From NCBI RefSeq assembly GCF_044704955.1, contig NC_091987.1:107942001-108006000 (forward strand): a stretch of DNA of 64,000 nt, given 5' to 3'. Shown piece by piece: positions 49,536 through 62,725 of the stretch. The position numbers and the translations under genes are program-made. Numbering within the stretch: the stretch's first letter is position 1; each line of letters opens with the position of its first letter. Under the pieces are notes generated by a model that was not told where the DNA came from, made no database searches, and worked only from the letters and a program-made list of their open reading frames with translations. Origin of the DNA: Pristiophorus japonicus. Its lineage: Eukaryota.

Positions 49536-50249
49536 CATTAGCATTATGATCTGGCACTTGAGGGGGTCATTAGATTTGTGGGCAGTGTCACAGTATTAAT
49601 CTGTCATACAGCAACTTACAGGAGAATCAGCCTCCTGTAGGTTTAACATAGGTTTAACAGGGCTTCATAAAAAAGAGGTCATGTCTCACAATACTAATTG
49701 AATTTTTTAAAGAAGTTACAAAGTTGGTGGATGAGGGAAGCCCAGTAGACATTGTCTGCTTCGATTTCCAAAAAGCTTTTGACAAGGTACCTCATAAGAG
49801 GTTTCTCTATAAGATTGGAGCCTCTTGTATTAGTGGAAATATAGTGAGCTGGATTCAGAACTATCTGGCAGGACGCAGGCAAAGAGTAGTTCTTGATGGA
49901 TTTGGATCTGTTTGGGGATCACTCACCAGTGGCGTCCCGCAGGGATCAGTGTTGGGACCGTTGCTTTTTACTATTGTTATTAATGATCTGGATTCAGGGC
50001 TTGGCGGCACAATTTGCAAATTTGCAGATGATACCAAGATCTGTGCGAAATGCTAGAACTGTAGAAGAGGCTCATCTGCTTCAAGCAGATCTTAATGTGT
50101 TGGGAGACTGGGCTCATGATTGGAAAATGATGTATAATTCAGATAAGTGCAGTGTTATGCATGTGGGCAGGGCAAATGCTCAACATTCATACACCCTCCA
50201 GGGAAAGGTAATAAAAATGGTGTGCATTCGAGTGCATACTTCCTTAATC

Positions 50250-50687
50250 CGAAATGAGGATGACTTGCTTCCACGCCAAAAAGGGATGAGTTCACAGGTG
50301 TTTTGATGAAGGACTTAATATTCCAGATCCCGAACTACATGTTGAAGGGTGGAAGATGCCTGTGCGTGGATTTTTTTTTACATGTGATGGCCGTTGCACA
50401 CCAGCCACCACACGGGCTTGACAGAGCTAGGTCTTGGTCCAGTGACAAGGAATACCCAAGACTAACTGGAAACCAGCTCTGTTGCACGGGCCTGGTGCAC
50501 ACACATATCGCAATATGGGTTGGCCCGTGCTGCCCCAGGGCCCTCGCCTCTTCTGGCCCCGAACTCATGCCTCTCCCGGGTCCCGATCAAATCGCTCTAC
50601 ATTCCCTCGCCGCTTCTTCGTCCTGACCTCGCTGCTCCTGCTGTATCTGCTCCAATCACCGACCTGGACCTTGATGATGTCACTCCT
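50250..50687 (-). mobile_element. Non-autonomous RTE-derived SINE-like element
   Basis: Its 3' end GTGGAAGCAAGTCATCCTC matches the RTE 3'UTR; internal FGIWNI resembles the APE-start GTWNV. Confidence 0.65.
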
Positions 50688-50841
50688 TAAAGGTACATGA
50701 GCAATGCCGTGCAGCGATAGCTAGAGCAAGTAGGATATTGGGCTGTATCCATAGGACAATTGAGTACAAGATGAGGCATACTGTTTTGTCCTTATACAAG
50801 ACCTTAGTCAGGCTGCACTTGGAATACTGTATCCAGTATTG

Positions 50842-52746
50842 ATGTTGGATGGAGAAAGCACAAGAGATTCAAAAACTGGCCGACAGCCATGAAGTGCGAG
50901 GATTCTTCAATCGCAGTCAAGGCCACCTACGGTCCAAACTCCCAAGGCCCCACCCCACTGCTGGCCAAGAACGGGGAAACATTCATCAAGGACACCGAGG
51001 CAGTCAGGGCCCGCTGGAAGGAGTACTTCGAAGATCTTCTCAATCGAGACTCTGCCTTTGACTCGAGTGTTCTCGACTCTACCCTGCAGCATGCAATTCG
51101 CCACCACCTCAGTGAAACCCCAATGCCGCACAAGGTAGGAAAAGCCATAAGACAGCTCAAGAACAACAAAGCTACTGGAGCAGATGGAATCCCTGCTGAG
51201 GCACTAAAGTATGGCAGAGAGGCACTGTTGACGCGGATACATTACCTCATCTCTCTCATCTGGAGTGAGGAGAGCGTGCTGGGAGATCTCAGAAATGCAG
51301 TGATCGTGACCATCTTTTAAAAAGGGGACAAGCCGACTGCGGCAACTACAGAGGAATCTCCCTGCTTTCAGCCACTGGGAAAGTTGCCGCTATAGTCTTC
51401 CTCAACCGTCTTCTCCCTGTGGCTGAGGAGCTCCTCCCGGAGTCACAGTGCGGATTTCAACGGGGCACAACGGACATGATCTTTGCAGGGCGACAGCTGC
51501 AGGAAAAATGCAGCAGCCTTTATACATGGCCTTCTTCGACCTCACAAAGGCCTTTGACACTGTCAACCGTGAGGGTCTATGGAGCATCCTCCTCCGTTTC
51601 GGATGCCTCCAAAAGTTCGTCAACATCCTCTGCCTGCTCCACAACGACACGCACGCTGTGATCCTTACCAACGGATCCATTACAGACCCAATCCACATCG
51701 GGACCGGGGTCAAACAGGGCTGCATCATCGCCCCAACCCTCTTCTCAATCTTCCTCTCTACTATGCTCCATCTCACAGTCAACAAGCTCCCCGCTGGAGT
51801 GGAGCTAAACTACAGAACCAGTGGGAAGCTGTTCAACCTTCGCCGTCTCCAGGCCAGGTCCATGATCACCCCAACCTCTGTCGTCGAGCTACAGTACACG
51901 GATGATGCCTGCATCTGCGCACATTCAGAGGCTGAACTCCAGGATATAGTCAATGTATTTACTGAGGCGTACGAAAGTATGGGCCCTACACTAAACATCC
52001 GTAAGACAAAGGTCCTCCACCAGTGCAGCCTTCGGCCTCCTGAGGAAAAGAGTTTTCGAAGACCAGGCCCTCAAATCTACCACCAAGCTCATGGTCTACA
52101 GGGCTGTAGTAATATCTGGCCTCCTGTATGGCTCAGCGACATGGTCCATGTACAGTAGACACCTCAAGTCACTGGAGAAATATCACCAACGATGCCTCCG
52201 CAAGATCCTACAAATCCCCTTGGAGGACAGATGCACCAACGTTAGCGTCCTCGATCAGGCTAACATCCCCAGCATTGAAACACTGACCACACTTGATCAG
52301 CTCCGTGGGGCAGGCCACATTGTCTGCATGCCAGACACGAGACTCCCAAAGCAAGCGCTCTACTCGGAACTCCTTCAAGGCAAACGAGCCAAAAGTGGAC
52401 AGAGGAAACGTTACAAGGACACCCTCAAAGCTTCCCTGATAAAGTGCAACATCCCCACGACACCTGGGAGTCCCTGGCCAAAAACCGCCCTAAGTGGAGG
52501 AAGCGGATCCGGGTAGGCGCTGAGCACCTCGAGTCTCATCGTCGAGAGCATGCAGAAGACAAGCGCAGGCAGCGGAAAGAACGTGCGGTAAACCTGTCCC
52601 ACCATCCCTTACCCTCAATGACTGTCTGTCCCACCTGTGGCAGGGACTGTGGCTCTCATGTTGGACTGTTCAGCCACCTAAGGAGTCATTCTAAGAGTGG
52701 AAGCAAGTCTTCCTCGATTCCGAGGGACTGCCTATGATGATGATGA
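50842..52746 (+). mobile_element. RTE LINE, 5'-truncated, with a 15-bp TSD
   Basis: RT motifs (GADGIPAE, DLTKAFD, GVKQG, YTDD); TSD CTGTATCCAGTATTG (50827-50841) and CTGTGTCCAGTTTTG (52747-52761). Confidence 0.93.
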
Positions 52747-54025
52747 CTGTGTCCAGTTTTGGTCTCCTCACATAGTGGGTGATATTGAGGCTCTGGAAAG
52801 GGTGCAGAAGAGGGTCACTGGAGTAATTCCAAGTCTAAAGCTTTTTAGTTATCAAGGTAGGTTAAAAGTGTTGGGACTCTTTTACCTTAGAGCAGCATCG
52901 ACTTAGGGAGGTTTATAAGATAGTGAAGGGAATAGACAGTGTTCCAACTGACCATTTATTTCAATTAAATAGGTTAGGTAAGACCAGGGGGCACAAATTT
53001 AAGTTGCATAAGGCTAGATCTAGGTTAGATGTTAGAGAGCAGTAGACCTCTGGAACAAGCTGCCGTTTCATGTGGTGGATGCAGACTCACTGAATTCCTT
53101 CAAGCAAAAGCTGCATTTGTTTCTGGCTGCGGCAGAGATTAACTCGGTATTGCAGGGAATTTAATGGCCAGAGTAATCTCCTGGACTAGTTTTGATCGCC
53201 TTAATGAGTCGGGGAGGAATTTCCCAGATTTTTTTTCCCAAATTGGGCTGGGTTTTTAATCTGATTTTTTGCCTCTCCCAGGAGATCACGTGGTTTCGCA
53301 TGGAGTGGAGCATATATGTTGTGATACACAAGGTATCGCATGTGTGTGGGACAGGCTGGATGGACCAGAGGGTCTTTACCTGTCCGTCATTGTTCATAAT
53401 ATAATGAGTGAAACACTTGATCCTTATGCTTATATGCTTTGCACATTACTATCTCAGATATATCAAATATATCAAAGGAGCAGAGTTGTTTCTTCATTGT
53501 AGCGCCCTATATACAAAATATGCGTGCATAAATCTCCCTTTTCGTTCTAGGTTATAGTGGTTAGAGAAGACAACAGATCAATCTTCAGCGTATTTGAGCA
53601 TTAAATTGAATGGTTTTCGAGCTTGCGATGTTTCAAGATGTGTTTACGCTCCTGCGTGTAACAGAGTGATGTGTGTAATCGTCCTCCCCAGAGGAAGTGT
53701 AGCAGGCACTAATTGACCTTCTGATGGGTTTAAATGAAGCAGAGATTCAGTGGAGTACTCAGGGTGGGGGGTAAATTTAAGAGATGCACGAGGGGTGCGT
53801 TCTGGGAAGCCACTGCCTCTGATGCCATTTCCATATGGTGGGAAATGAGCGGAATTTGAACTTTCAAAACTATAATGATGATCCGGCTGGGAAGATCCCA
53901 AATCTTATTAAACAACAACAGCCCCCTACACCCCCCCCCCCAACCCCCTGCGTCCTTGCCAGAAACTATCACTTATCCCCCTCAGTCTCCTTTGCACAGT
54001 TACTAATATTTCTCTGCACTGTTAT

Positions 54026-54556
54026 TGTCATGTATTCAACTGTCATTGTAACTCATGTAATAAACTGACCTAAGTTGTACACCATGAGAACACTGACCAC
54101 TAGGTGGTGAACTTGTAAGAGACACTCCTAACCTGGACTTTCAGGTATAAAAGGGGAAGCTCCACCCACCTTCTGCATTTCAGTGCTGCCTAATAAAGGT
54201 TACTGGTCAGAGTGACCTTCTCTCAAGTATGGGCCTCGTGTGCAATTGTACTGTATAGCAAGGACATATTATTGGCGACGAGAAACTGGGATTTAAACCA
54301 CGCGAGCATGGCCATTAGCAGCACAGATGAGAGGTACTGTGTTGGTGATGATTGGGATGATTTTAATGAGAGACTACAGCAAAGTTTCGTCACTAAGGAA
54401 TGGCTGGGACAGGATGCGGCCGACAAACGCAGGGCTCATCTCCTGACGGTTTGTGGATCTAGGATGTACTCCCTGATGAAGGACCTTCTAGCGCCAGAGA
54501 AGCCGGCGGACAAGACTTTTGAAGCGCTCAGTAAGTTGATCGGGGAACACTTTAAA
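54026..54556 (+). mobile_element. Gypsy LTR retrotransposon 5' fragment: LTR 54026-54271, PBS 54273-54282, gag from 54308
   Basis: TATAAAA at 54146, AATAAA at 54192, PBS TGGCGACGAG; gag DWDDFNERL...KRRAHLLTVCG...LLAPEKP. Confidence 0.85.
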
Positions 54557-55637
54557 CCAGGGGTCAAGCAGGGCTGCATCATTGTACCAACGCTCTTCTC
54601 GATCTTCTTTGCTGCAATGCTTCATCTCATTATCAATAAGCTCCCCGCTGGAGTGGAACTAAATGATAGAACCAATGGGGTTGCGTCTGCATAGACTCAG
54701 AGGCCGAACTCCAAGCCATCGTCAACACCTTCACTGAGGTGTACCAAAGCATGGGCCTTACCCATAACATCTGTAAGACAAAGGTCCTCCAACAACCTGA
54801 CCTTGCCACACAGCACTGATGCCCGATCATCATAATCCATGGCTCGGCCTTGGATAACGTGGACCATTTCCATACCTCGGGAGTCTACTATCAGCAAGGG
54901 CAGACATCGATGACAAGATCCATCAATGCCTCCAGTGTGTCAGTGTAGCCTTCGATCGCTTGAGGAAGAGAGTGTTTGAAGAACAGGACCTCAAATATGG
55001 CACCAAGCTTATGGTCCACAAGGGAGTAGTGATACCTACCCTCCTATATGGTTCAGAGACGTGGACTATGTACAGCAGACTCCTCAAAGCGCTGGAGAAG
55101 TACTACCAGCCCTGCTTCCGCAAGATCCTGCAAATCTACTGGGAGGATAGATGCCCCAACATCAGTGTTCTCGCTCAGGCCAACATCCCCAGCATCGAAG
55201 CACTGACCACACTTGACCAGCACCGTTGGGCGGGCCACATCGTCCTCATGTCTCACAGGAGACTCCCTAAGCAAGTCTTCTACTTGAAACTCCTACACGG
55301 CAAGTGAGCCCCAGCAGGGCAGAGGAAACATTTCAAGGACACCCTCAAAGCAGCCTTGATAAAGTGCAACATCCCCACCAGCAGCTGGAAATCTCTGGTC
55401 CAAGACCACCCAAAGTGGAGGAAGAGCATCCGGGAGGGTGCTGAGCACCTCGAGTCTCATCGCCAAGAGCATGCAGAAACCAAGCGCAGACAGCGGAAGG
55501 AGTGTGTGGCAAACCAGTCCCACCCACCCTTTCCTTCAACATAGTTCCCATAGTGGACTGTACAGCCACCTGAGAACTCACTTTTAGAGTGGAAGCAAGT
55601 TTTCCTCAATTTGAGGGACTGCCTATGATGATGATGA
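54557..55637 (+). mobile_element. RTE 3' part
   Basis: GVKQGC..., LLYGSETW, RWAGH; (TGA)n tail. Confidence 0.92.
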
Positions 55638-56242
55638 GGCTAATGGCCTTGCTGTTATCTAAGTGCAAGTGCCACAGCAACTCCAGGGAAGGGCAGATGC
55701 ACATTAAAATGCCGAAATCCAAAAACTTGCTGTGAAAGATGCGTCGCTCCGCCATCAAGCTTCGCGACAATGGCATCTCGTTGTCTGGCTCCCCATTGAA
55801 ATGTACTGAGCAGCGTGAAGTCCTCTACTTGCACCGTAGATACGCACAAAACTCGCCACAGGAAGTTAAATCAAGTCATTTCAACTCTAAGTACCCTATG
55901 AATGGTGTGATAAGTGTTCATTACTGCCAGTCAACCTCTCTGACACTGAAAATTAACTATTGCAAGTGTGGAGTCTCATTCACCTTCAGATTTTAATTCT
56001 TGTAGGGAGATTTTCTTTAAAAAAATTGAATTAATTTATTTTTTTTACTTTTTCTTTCTGTCTCTTTTTTCTCACTTAATCCAATCTTTCTTTCCCTTCT
56101 CGTTATTTGTCTTTCTGTGCCTGATTTGACATTAAATTCATCATTCTAACCTATAACAACAACTTGCATTTATACAGCGCTTTTAACATAGTAAAATGTT
56201 CTAAAGCGCTTCACAGGAGCGTTATCAAACAGAACTTGACAC

Positions 56243-56516
56243 TGTAATGTATGCACATGTGAGTATGCACACAGGTTTGTAGAGCTGTTGCATTGTGAGT
56301 GGCTTAGCCAGTCACGTGATGTTCACAAGACTCAATAAAACCCCAGTCAGTTGGGTCTAGGTCATCCACGATGAGGTATGCAGTTGTGAGCCTAGTGGAT
56401 GAACTGGTAATGTGTAATGTGATTGTTAAACCTTTGTTAATAAACCAACTAGTTCTTAATAGCAATGTATAGCTATGAATTCTTAAACAAAGAACTCATG
56501 CAGCAAATGCATTACA
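56243..56516 (+). mobile_element. Solo LTR, 274 bp, inserted in an L2 tail
   Basis: TGTAATGTAT...ATGCATTACA; TSD GACAC/GATAC. Confidence 0.85.
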
Positions 56517-57029
56517 GATACCAAACTACATAAGGAGATATTAGGAGAGATGACCAAAAGCTTGGCCAAAGTGGTAGGTTTTAAAGAGCATCTTTAAGAA
56601 TTAGCTGTTAAACAGTCCAAGGCCCACATTTCACAGTACTCCTGCCTTACACTGAGAAAATGTGTGTGCGGTGGAGCAGAGAAGGCATCACAAGAAACTG
56701 TGATTCAGCAATAATCACCATGCATCAATAGAGTAAGGGAGAGGTGAGTCAGCTTCTACACTGGCAAAGAGGAGACGTGCTGCAAATAGAGGTTATGCCA
56801 GGAATGAAAGAGACAACAGAAAAGAATCAGCGTGGTGACACATGCAATGAAGTCAGGATTCATTCCATGACTTTAAGAGAAATGAAAAAGCAAGGCAGCT
56901 TAATGCAAATGTCTCTGTATGTCTTCTGTCGGTGAAGCTGAAACCACCACCCGACATTTGCCCCAGTCCCTCTACTCCGACTACACCTCACGTCAATTTA
57001 GCAACTGAATTGTTCCATATAAAGGTTAC

Positions 57030-57365
57030 TGTAATGTATTTGCTCCATGGGTTCTTTGCTTAAGAATTAATGGCAACACATTGCTACAATTATTAAGAAC
57101 TAGATGGTTTATTAGCAAAGGTTTAACAATCACATTACACATTACCAGTTCATCCACTAGGCTCACAACTGCATACCTCACCGTGGATGACCTAGACCCA
57201 ACTGTCTGGGGTTTTATTGAGTCTTGAGAACATCACGTGACGGGCTATGCCACTCACAGTGTAACCCTTAAAGGGGGCACTAGAATCGACAAATTAACAA
57301 TTAAACTTGAGACATCAAATGAATCAAATTAACCTGTGAGCATACTCACAGGTGCATATATTGCA
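57030..57365 (-). mobile_element. Solo LTR of the same family, inverted
   Basis: Reverse complement of 56243-56516 plus about 60 extra bp; perfect GTTAC TSD at 57025-57029 and 57366-57370. Confidence 0.88.
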
Positions 57366-57769
57366 GTTACCATAAAAGATTAACTGGAAATTGAAGCAAA
57401 GTCTATGTAAGGAATCCCAGATGCTGCAGTTATTTTGGGGCAGGTTTTCCTCCAGTGTTACACTGCCTTCCTGATGTAACTCCAACTGGTAGGAGAGGAA
57501 AAATGGACAGGGAGCGGTTGCACTGAATGTGGTGAGGCACATTAAACTGAGTTGCTAATGATGGGAATACATCATGGAGCAGGTCCAGTGTGTATGCCTC
57601 TTTTGTCAGTGTATTTACAGCTTCTATTGATCCTCATCCTCCCTGCTATCTATCAAAATGGAACTGTATCCAATAAAGCAGTCCTGCCTTACATATATCC
57701 TCCCTTCCACAATCTCTGCAGCCTTAAAGACAGCTCTCCTTCAGCATAATGTCATGTGATGTGAAATTC

Positions 57770-58950
57770 TGGAACATAGGAACAGGAGAAGGCCATTCAG
57801 CCTCTCGATACTGTTCTGCCATTCAATCAGATCATGGCTGATTTGCACCTCAACTCTATTTACCTTTCTTTGACCCAAATCCCATGATACACTTACCTAT
57901 CATTGTCAGTCTTGAAAATGTCAATTGAGACAGCTTTTTGGGGAGAGAGTTCCAGACTTTCACTACCCTTTGTATGAAAACAGATTTCACTCCGAAATGG
58001 CCCAGCTCTAACTTTAATATTGTGCCCTCTTATTCTGGATTCCCCCATCAGAGGCAATAGTTTCTTTCTAGCTATCCTATCAAACCTCATTATCATTTTA
58101 AACACCTCAATTAAATCACCCCTCAACCATCTTAACTCAAGGGAATACAACTTAAGTTTATGCATAAGTCCTCATAATTTAACTCTTTCTGGTATCATTC
58201 TGGTGAATCTGTGCTGTATCTCCTCCAAGGCCAATATATCTTTCCTGAGGGGCAGTGCCTAAAACTGAACACAGTACTCCAGATGGGGTTGGATCGAGGC
58301 TCTGTACAAATGAAACATAACTTCCTTCCCTTTTGTATCCCAACCCCTTTGAGATAAAGCCCAACATTCCATTGGCCTTTTAGATTGCGTTTTGTACTGT
58401 GTGCTAGTTTTTCGCGATTTGTGTACATGGACTCCCAAATCCCTTTGCTCCATTTGTGCAGTTCCCAGTCTCTCACCATATAAAAAAATATTGAGTTATC
58501 TTCTTCGATCCAAAGTGGAGGAGCTCATACTTCCCCACTTTTAACTCCCTCTGCCACAGTTTTGCTCAGTTAATGTGTCTATGGCCTTTTGCAATGTCCT
58601 GCTCACATTTACATAACTTACTGTGCCTCCTAACTTGGTGTCATCTGCAAACTTGTGTATACAAATTTCTATTCCTTCATCCAATGCATTGATATATATA
58701 ATGAAAAGCTCTTGCCCAAGTCCAGATATCTGGGAAACACCTTTTGTCACACCCTGCCAGACAGAGAATATTCCCTTTACCCCCTACTCTCTGTCTCCTC
58801 CCTCCCAACAACTTACCAACCCATATCACAAGGTTAGCTCCAATTCTGTGTGCTTTTATTTTTGAGAATAATCTCATGCGTAGCACCTTATCAAATGCCT
58901 TCTGCAAGTACATATAGACAGCATCCGTATACCCTCCCCTATCCATCAAG
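57770..58950 (-). mobile_element. Old CR1 fragment
   Basis: QKAFDKV, KFADDTKLGG and HLEYCVQF on the minus strand. Confidence 0.88.
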
Positions 58951-59069
58951 TTTGTGACCTAGCATGTGCCCAAGATCAATGATATAGCAAGGACCTACGC
59001 TCGGTGAAGGCCTAGTGTAGAAGAAAGGACAAGATAGACGGGTGTATGTGGAGCCTACGACATTGGGTT

Positions 59070-59618
59070 AGAACATAAGAAGTAAGAGCAGGAGTAGGCC
59101 ACATGGCCCTTCGAGCTTCTCCATCATTCAATAAGATCATGGTTGATCTTTCACCTCAACTTCACTTTCCCACCCGATCGCCATATCCCTTGATTCCCTT
59201 AGGGTCCAAAAATCTATCTATCTCAGCCTTGAATATACTCAATGACTGAGCATTCATATCCATCTGGCTTAGAGAATTCCAAAGATTCACCGCCCTCTGA
59301 GTGAAGAAATGTCTCCTCATCTCAGTCTTAAATGGCCGACCCCTTATCCTGACACAATGTCCCCTAGTTCGAGACTCTCCAGGCAGCGGAAACAATCTCT
59401 CAGCATCTACCCTGTCAACCCACCTCACAATCTTATATGCTTCAAATACATCATCTCTCATTCTGCTAAACTTCAGAGAGTATAGGCCCAATCTACTCAA
59501 ATTCTCCTCATAGGACAACCCTCTCATCCTAGGAATCAATCAAGTGAACCTCTGTTGCACTCCTTTCTAAGGCAAGTGTATCCTTCCTTAGATAAGGAGA
59601 CCAAAATAGTACACAGGG
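59070..59618 (-). mobile_element. CR1 3' end
   Basis: ORF 59162-59539. Confidence 0.9.
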
Positions 59619-59623
59619 TTCTT

Positions 59624-61683
59624 TTAAAAAAGGGAAGGTGGCTCAACCGTGGCTATCAAGGGAAATCAGGGATAGTATTAAAGCCAAGGAAGTGGCATAC
59701 AAATTGGCCAGAAATAGCAGCGAACCCGGGGACTGGGAGAAATTTAGAACTCAGCAGAGGACGACAAAGGGTTTGGTTAGGGCAGGGCAAATAGAGTACA
59801 AGAGGAAACTTGCAGGGGACATTAAGACGGATTGCAAAAGTTTCTATAGATATGTAAAGAGAAAAAGGTTAGTAAAGACAAACGTAGGTCCCGTGCAGTC
59901 AGAATCAGGGGAAGTCATAACGGGGAACAAAGAAATGGCAGACCAATTGAACAAGTACTTTGGTTCGGTATTCACTAAGGAGGACACAAACAACCTTCCG
60001 GATATAAAAGGGGTCAGAGGGTCTAGTAAGGAGGAGGAACTGAGGGAAATCCTTATTAATCGGGAAATTGTGTTGGGGAAATTGATGGGATTGAAGGCCA
60101 ATAAATCCCCAGGGCCTGATGGACTGCATCCCAGAGTACTTAAGGAGGTGGCCTTGGAAATAGCGGATGCATTGACAGTCATTTTCCAACATTCCATTGA
60201 CACTGGATCAGTTCCTATCGAGTGGAGGGTAGCCAATGTAACCCCACTTTTTAAAAAAAGAGGGAGAGAGAAAACAGGGAATCATAGACCGGTCAGCCTG
60301 ACCTCAGTAGTGGATAAAATGATAGAATCAATTATTAAGGATGTCATTGCAGCACATTTGGAAAGAGGTGACATGATAGGTTCAAGTCAGCATGGATTTG
60401 TGAAAGGGAAATCATGCTTGACAAATCTTCTGGAATTTTTTGAGGATGTTTCCAGTAGAGTGGACAAGGGAGAACCAGTTGATGTGGTATATTTGGACTT
60501 TCAGAAGGCTTTCGACAAGGTCCCACACAAGAGATTAATGTGCAAAGTTAAAGCACATGGAATTGGGGGTAGTGTGCTGACATTGATTGAGAACTGGTTG
60601 TCAGACAGGAAGCAAAGAGTAGGAGTAAATGGGGACTTTTCAGAATGGCAGGCAGTGACTAGTGGGGTACCGCAAGGTTCTGTGCTGGGGCCCCAGCTGT
60701 TTATATTGTTCATTAATGATTTAGACGAGGGGATTAAATGTAGTATCTTCAAATTTGCGGATGACACTAAGTTGGGTGGCAGTGTGAGCTGCGAGAAGGA
60801 TGCTGTGAGGCTGCAGAGCGACTTGGATAGGTTAGATGAGTGGGCAAATGCATGGCAGATGAAGTATAATATGGATAAATGTGAGGTTATCTACTTTGGT
60901 GGTAAAAACAGAGAGACAGACTATTATCTGAATGGTGACAGATTAGGAAAAGGGGAGGTGCAACGAGACCTGGGTGTCATGGTACATCAGTCATTGAAGG
61001 TTGGCATGCAGGTACAGCAGGCGGTTAAGAAAGCAAATGGCATGTTGGCCTTCATAGCGAGGGGATTTGAGTACAGGGGCAGGGAGGTGTTGCTACAGTT
61101 GTACAGGGCCTTGGTGAGGCCACACCTGGAGTATTGTGTACAGTTTTGGTCTCCTAACCTGAGGAAGGACATTCTTGTTATTGAGGGAGTGCAGCGAAGG
61201 TTCACCAGACTGATTCCCAGGATGGCGGGACTGACCTATCAAGAAAGACTGGATCAACTGGGCTTGTATTCACTGGAGTTCAGAAGAATGAAAGGGGACC
61301 TCATAGAAACGTTTAAAATTCTGATGGGTTTAGACAGGTTAGATGCAGGAAGAATGTTCCCAATGTTAGGGAAGTCCAGAACCAGGGGTCACAGTCTAAG
61401 GATAAGGGGTAAGCCATTTAGGACCGAAATGAGGAGAAACTTCTTCACCCAGAGAGTGGTGAACCTGTGGAATTCTCTACCACAGAAAGTTGTTGAGGCC
61501 AATTCACTAAATATATTCAAAAAGGAGTTAGATGAAGTCCTTACTACTCGGGGGATCAAGGGGTATGGCGAGAAAGCAGGAATGGGGTACTGAAGTTGCA
61601 TGTTCAGCCATGAACTCATTGAATGGCGGTGCAAGCTAGAAGGGCCGAATGGCCTACTCCTGCACCTATTTTCTATGTTTCTA
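59624..61683 (+). mobile_element. Young 5'-truncated CR1 with an uninterrupted 651-codon ORF2 segment
   Basis: ORF 59638-61593; near-identical to 42796-44863. Confidence 0.96.
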
Positions 61684-61769
61684 GCTGTCGATGGAAATAT
61701 ATCTGAAGAATCGCGGTGGGGGGAGGGGAAGGAACCTTGTCCATTGATCCTAGCTAGAAATCTGTTGAT

Positions 61770-62240
61770 ATAAAAACAGAAAATGCTGGAAATACTCAAC
61801 ATTTCAGGCAGCATCTAATATGAACATAAGAGCATAAGAATTAGGAACAGGAGTAGACCACCTAGCCCCTCGAGCCTGCTCCGCTCTTCAACAAGATCAC
61901 GGCTGATCTGGCCGTGGACTCAGTTCCACTTATCCGCCCGCTCCCCATAACCCTTAATTCCCTTATTGGTTAAAAATCTATCTATCTGTGATTTGAATAC
62001 ATTCAATGAGCTAGCCTCAACTGCTTCCTTGGGCAGAGAATTCCACAGATTCACAACCCTCTGGGAGAAGAAATTCCTTCTCAACTTGGTTTTAAATTGG
62101 CTCCCCCATATTTTGAGGCTGTGCCCCCTGGTTCTAGTCTCCCCGACCAGTGGAAACAACCTCTCTGCCTCTATCTTGTCTATCCCTTTCATTATTCTAG
62201 GAGAGAGAAACAAAGTTAACGTTTCAGGTCGACCTTGCAG
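61770..62240 (-). mobile_element. Penelope terminal fragment split by a CR1 3' end (61822-62197)
   Basis: AAAAACAGAAAATGCTGGAAATACTC and GAGAGAAACAAAGTTAACGTTTCAGGTC are reverse-complement matches to 13317-13396. Confidence 0.75.
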
Positions 62241-62725
62241 ACCCTCTGGTTGTCGAGGGTCTGGGGATAGGCCCCAGCACCATGTTCTTGGGCGTTCCTT
62301 CAATTCAGGTGCTCAACCAACGCTTACATTCGAGAATAAGGCTTGGAGCGACCTCGTCTGCAAGTCTCAGTATGCCCTGTACTGCTGCAAATACACACCA
62401 AGCTCTGTCAGAAAGCCCCCAAAATCCCGGGGCAACATCAAAGGGATGGAGACCCAGTGATCGAGGTTTGGGTTCCTTTTTCCTGACCTTTGCTCCCGGG
62501 GAGCTGGGTTGTCCCAGGGTCAACTATCATGAAAATCCATCCTAGGATTGGATATTAGACTGGAAGAATTAGAGTACTGGAGTGGCACGCCTCAATGGGC
62601 CAGTGGCCATTTTGAACTCCTAACTTTTCTTATCTTCTTATGATTTTGCAAACACGATTGACAGGAGGGCACAAAAAGAATAGCTTTGTGACCAGAAGTA
62701 AGTTATATATAGGATAACCATAAAC

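Larger units (their letters stand above)
49655..53400 (+). mobile_element. Older CR1 subfamily copy in three pieces: 49655-50220, 50688-50841 and 52747-about 53400
   Basis: FDFQKAFDKVPH and FADD; ARASRILGCI...LEYC; VQFWSP...LERVQKR continue across two insertions. Confidence 0.85.

Noticed and set aside
59070-61683. Twin-primed CR1 at the 59620 junction
   Set aside because: Each piece has its own 3' tail and subfamily, so these are two insertions.
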